64,000 bases of DNA. It comes from Nemertoderma westbladi (taxonomy: Eukaryota; Animalia; Xenacoelomorpha). The DNA is taken from positions 1 through 64,000 of the forward strand of contig JAUCBJ010003131.1 of assembly GCA_032718475.1 (NCBI GenBank), written 5' to 3'. The notes beneath the pieces are model-generated. The model was not told where the DNA came from, made no database searches, and saw nothing but the letters and a program-made list of their open reading frames with translations. The translations under genes were made by a program, and so were the position numbers. Shown here piece after piece: positions 59,229-64,000 of the stretch (the first letter of the stretch is position 1; each line of letters begins with the position of its first letter).

Positions 59229-59775
59229 ATGGTAGAATATATAAAATAGTACAATAGTAGAATAGATACAATAGTAGAATGGATACAATGACAGATAAGT
59301 TTCAACTTTTAAAGTTGATTCATTCTGAGCAGCTGTTGACTGATCATTCGTGAGTTATTTTCCAAAACATCAATCAAATCCTCTACTCGACTCACAATGA
59401 CAACTCTTTCTATTTCTCGAATCAACGTATTGGGTGAAGGAACATAAGAGATTGGCGCATGAACGGTTTCTAAGGGAACTCCTGCTGCGGGACCCTGGAT
59501 TGAGCATAAAAAATATTATAATTTAACAAATTTTAATATTTCTAATTAGTTAGATTGTTACATTTGTAGAGTTATTGAAACCTTGAGCGATAAAGGCCAT
59601 CCGTAATATATATTATTATATATTACGATGGCCTTCGCCTTCGTATGATTCAATAATAGTTCAGTGAGGTGGCAAGTGGTCGTACCAAATTACTTTATTG
59701 GCAAACCAATAAGCAAGTGGCTTTATTTATTGCCATTAACAATGTGAGCCCCCATTTTTATCCACTGTGGGCGTT

Positions 59776-60057
59776 TAGTGTCGACGTGTGCACCATGCAA
59801 TGTAAGTGTTTTGTGTTCATTTGTATCCAGTCTAGTGTCCACGTGTGCACCATGTAATGTGAGGGTTTTGTGTTCATTTGTATCCAGTCTAGTGTCCACG
59901 TGTGCACCATGCAATGTGAGTGTTTTGTATTTATTTGTATCCAGTCTATGGTCCACGTGTGCACCATGCAATGTGAGTGTTTTGTGTCCATTTGTATCCA
60001 GTCTAGTGTCCACGTGTGCACCATGCAATGTGAGTGTTTTGTGTCCATTTGTATCCT
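59776..60057. repeat. 57-bp minisatellite, about 5 copies
   Basis: Unit TAGTGTCCACGTGTGCACCATGCAATGTGAGTGTTTTGTGTTCATTTGTATCCAGTC. Confidence 0.9.
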
Positions 60058-60267
60058 TAAAAAATACAAGCGCGATATCGCGCAAAGGTCCGCGTCTACT
60101 AACGCATGAACTGTCTCCTTGAACGTCTTACTACTAATCTTTCAACAAAAAAACATTCACCGGAATGGGGGATTGAACTCGGTACCAATCCTGGGGCCGT
60201 ATCAAACCCTAATACCAAAAGCTAGCGAGAAATTAACAACACCAACAACACCAACAACACCAACAAC

Positions 60268-63200
60268 AACGGAATGAATGCTAGAGGTCTCGCTACGCGG
60301 ACCTACTAACGGAGTAAATACTAGAGGTCTCGCTATGCGGACCTACTAACGGAGTGAATACTAGAGGTCTCGCTACGCGGACCTACTAACGGAGTGAATA
60401 CTAGAGGTCTCGCTACGCGGACCTACTAACGGAGTTAATACTAGAGGTCTCGCTACGCGGACCTACTAACGGAGTTAATACTAGAGGTCTCGCTACGCGG
60501 ACCTACTAACGGAGTGAATACTAGAGGTCTCGCTACGCGGACCTACTAACGGAGTGAATACTAGAGGTCTCGCTACGCGGACCTACTAACGGAGTGATTA
60601 CTAGAGGTCTCGCTACGCGGACCTACTAACGGAGTGATTACTAGAGGTCTCGCTACGCGGACCTACTAACGGAGTGAATACTTTTTTTTTTTTTAAGTTA
60701 CTAGTTTATTATATAATTTGCACAATATCAGCATAACTCTTTTACAGGCACTTTATTAATAGAACAAAATGAATAATTCCTACACCGATACCGATAATAA
60801 AAAAAATAATAAATAAAGAAAGAAGGGCCTGTTTAGAGGCCTATGACTACCACTGACAGTCAGTCTAGCCGGTGTTGGTATCAGCGTTAGTCAGGCGAAT
60901 CGAGTCTGCGGACACCTGATGATAAACAGGGCGTTTGGTGGCGGATCTCGCTCCACGGAGACACATCAAACTGGAGCGGAGAAGCGCGAAGCTTATCTTC
61001 CTCCGCGTCCAGCAGATACACTCAGAGTAGCTGAGGTCGCGACGATCCGAGAGTTTAAGCGATAAACGCTTAACGAACTGTTGCATCGCTGGCGCAGTAC
61101 CACCAAAGGCTGAAAGTATCAGAGGCACAAACGACGACAGTTCGACCTCTCGGATGCGCTCCTCGTACTTCAGGCGTTTCCGCGCCTCGTGGTGGGAATA
61201 AGCGCCCTCGGTGGTCATGGCTGCGTTGGTGGCCGCTAGAGGGTTGTAGACCGAGACGTCGAAGTAAGTCTTCTCGAACCGGCCACCCCAGAACCCGCTG
61301 ACAGAGACGTCCAACCTCGCCTGATCTTCTGTGGAGGTGGATCTGTGGGTGAACTCCTCACCTGTTAGAGGCTGGAGTGTTGGCTCTACTGCGACGTTGT
61401 GGGCTACTTCAGTTAGCGCGTCGGCAACGAAATCGCGTATCTCGTTGTGCCTTATCGAGGGATAACCCCCGGTGGGGCACGACAGGACGTGTGAAGGGGA
61501 AAATCGTTCCCCACAGACACAACGAGAAGGGAGCGACTTCGGTTGCCAGCCGTAGCGCAGACACAGAGCGTCGCGGAACTCTTCCTTAGACAGGTGAGTT
61601 TTGTGAAGGGTGACCGGTTTTGAGTTCAACCAAGCTGAAGCCCCCTTCTCCGACACCAGCTCCCTCAGATTCTGTTGGGACTCCGATAGCCGACCATGAC
61701 ATTCTGTTGTTTTGGTGAATACTAGAGGTCTCGCTACGCGGACCTACTAACGGAGTGAATACTAGAGGTCTCGCTACGCGGACCTACTAACGGAGTGATT
61801 ACTAGAGGTCTCGCTACGCGGACCTACTAACGGAGTGAATACTAGAGGTCTCGCTACGCGGACCTACTAACGGAGTGAATACTAGAGGTCTCGCTACGCG
61901 GACCTACTAACGGAGTGAATACTAGAGGTCTCGCTACGCGGACCTACTAACAGAGTGAATACTAGAGGTCTCGCTACACGGACCTACTAACGGAGTGAAT
62001 ACTAGAGGTCTCGCTACGCGGACCTACTAACGGAGTGAATACTAGAGGTCTCGCTACGCGGACCTACTAACGGAGTGAATACTAGAGGTCTCGCTACGCG
62101 GACCTACTAACGGAGTGAATACTAGAGGTCTCGCTACGCGGACCTACTAACGGAGTGAATACTAGAGGTCTCGCTACGCGGACCTACTAACGGAGTGAAT
62201 ACTAGAGGTCTCGCTACGTGGACCTACTAACGGAGTGAATACTAGAGGTCTCGCTACGCGGACCTACTAACGGAGTGAATACTAGAGGTCTCGCTACGCG
62301 GACCTACTAACGGAGTGAATACTAGAGGTCTCGCTACGCGGACCTACTAACGGAGTGAATACTAGAGGTCTCGCTACGCGGACCTACTAACGGAGTGAAT
62401 ACTAGAGGTCTCGCTACGCGGACCTACTAACGGAGTGAATACTAGAGGTCTCGCTACGCGGACCTACTAACGGAGTGAATACTAGAGGTCTCGCTACGCG
62501 GACCTACTAACGGAGTGAATACTAGAGGTCTCGCTACGCGGACCTACTAACGGAGTGAATACTAGAGGTCTCGCTACGCGGACCTACTAACGGAGTGAAT
62601 ACTAGAGGTCTCGCTACGCGGACCTACTAACGGAGTGAATACTAGAGGTCTCGCTACGTGGACCTACTAACGGAGTGAATACTAGAGGTCTCGCTACGCG
62701 GACCTACTAACGGAGTGAATACTAGAGGTCTCGCTACGCGGACCTACTAACGGAGTGAATACTAGAGGTCTCGCTACGCGGACCTACTAACGGAGTGAAT
62801 ACTAGAGGTCTCGCTACGCGGACCTACTAACGGAGTCAAAGTCACCTTTAGGTCTCGCTACGCGGACCTACTAACGGAGTGAATACTAGAGTTCTCGCTA
62901 CGCGGACCTACTAACGGAGTGAATACTAGAGGTCTCGCTACGCGGACCTACTAACGGAGTGAATACTAGAGGTCTCGCTACACGGACCTACTAACGGAGT
63001 GAATACTAGTGGTCTCGCTACGCGAACCTACTAACGGAGTGAATACTAGAGGTCTCGTTACGTGGACCTACTAACGGAGTGAATACTAGAGCTCTCGCTA
63101 CACGGACCTACTAACAGAGTGAATACTAGAAGTCTCGCTACACGGACCTACTAACGGAGTGAATACTAGAGGTCTCGCTACACAGACCTACTAACGGAGT

Positions 63201-63312
63201 GAATACTAGAGGTCTCGCTACGGGGACCTAAAAACGGAGTGAATACTAGAGGTCTCGCTACGCGGACCTACTAACGGAGTGAATACTAGAGGTCTCGCTA
63301 CGCGGACCTAAT
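60268..63312. repeat. 40-bp tandem satellite, about 50 copies, interrupted by a CRE insertion
   Basis: Unit AACGGAGTGAATACTAGAGGTCTCGCTACGCGGACCTACT. Confidence 0.97.
60682..61714 (-). mobile_element. 5'-truncated CRE-like RLE retrotransposon (second family) with poly(A) tail
   Basis: ORF 60865-61656: GASAWL...FRDALCLRYGW, CVCG..HVLSC, RHNEIRD, ARLDV, FDV, HEARKRLKY. Poly(A) at 60682-94; TSD GTGAATAC (60674-81, 61715-22). Confidence 0.9.
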
Positions 63313-63925
63313 AAGTTGCGTCTCTCATTTTTTCTCTGTACACTTTTTTCTGGCTTGTTGCTACCCAAATTAACCAATCACAGGCCTCTTGCCGGATATA
63401 ACACATGAGTCGTATGCTAAAGATGGAACATGGGACATAATCACTTTCGACTCATGAGTCGTAATAAACGACTTATGACATACCACTGGATACGCTACCA
63501 TTGAACCAATGTGTTCCATAATTTATTTCGACTTATGACATACGAATTACGATTTACCAGTGGAGCACGAGCCTTAACAGTTTTACCGAGCATATTTCCA
63601 ATTCAACTGAATTTCGATAAGAAAACATTAGATACCATGTTTGTGTGTCGGTAGGCCTATAGATCTGATTGTTCTACAATATTCCTAGCTCTCGTTTATT
63701 GCTTTGGATCCTTTTAATTCGCCTCATTAATCTGCTTAGTTTTAATTAGATTAGATTGCTTAGATTAATCTGCATTAATCCGCTTGAGGCGTAGGTGGTG
63801 CAAGTGTCTGTGTTGGCATATGGCTGGATGTAGGTGTACCGCTTTCAACCACCACCCCCCCCCCCCCCCCCCCACCTGAATACTTTATTAGTCACTTAAT
63901 AATAAAAACACTCTAAATCTGTATT

Positions 63926-64000
63926 AGCAAGCAAGAAGTCGGCCGAAGCTGGGGCAAACATAAAGGCTCCTCTTACCATAGCTCCTACCCGAGAAGGTGG
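63926..64000 (-). mobile_element. 3' end of a SINE related to 48484-48715
   Basis: AGTCGGCCGA...AAGGCTCCTCTT...ATAGCT.CTACCCGAG matches 48496-48552. Confidence 0.6.

Larger units (their letters stand above)
46940..59290. repeat. ~12-kb complex low-complexity satellite of 16-17-bp variants
   Basis: Units TAGAATAGATACAATGG, TAGAATAGTACAACAG and TAGAATATATAAAATAG in shuffled order; interrupted by a SINE (48484) and an RTE (58785). Confidence 0.97.
60061..63314 (-). mobile_element. HINE/Helentron-like element with a tandemly amplified terminus
   Basis: Left end ACAAG + hairpin GCGCGATATCGCGC (60070-83) + subTIR AGGTCCGCGT (60086-95); AAC-rich tract; inverted subTIR ACGCGGACCT present in each intact satellite unit and at the end 63300-63314. 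Confidence 0.6.

Noticed and set aside
59723-60122. ORFs with 19-aa His/Cys-rich repeats
   Set aside because: Translations of the 57-bp minisatellite, open in several frames.

Overview
AT-rich, repeat-dense animal (invertebrate-like) genomic DNA, not prokaryotic. One host gene can be reconstructed by hand: a divergent minus-strand DM-domain (Dmrt/doublesex-family) transcription factor with four phase-compatible exons spread over about 23 kb (36170 to 13464). The ORF track misses most of it. The rest is mostly transposons and tandem repeats: the 5' half of a BEL/Pao element, a decayed Gypsy element, several RTE and other LINE fragments, three solo LTRs of one family with 5-bp TSDs, tRNA-derived SINEs, Helentron-like (HINE) elements, an ALDH3 pseudogene and three large satellites. 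The most unusual items are: (i) an intact CRE-like RLE retrotransposon ORF with an N-terminal Ulp1 protease, followed immediately by a histone H3 C-terminal fragment and enclosed in a hAT-type TIR element with an 8-bp TSD; (ii) a tRNA-like Pol III unit whose anticodon arm is replaced by a minimal hammerhead ribozyme; (iii) a 40-bp satellite made from the terminus of a HINE-like element. All calls come from reading the sequence by eye; no database searches were run.
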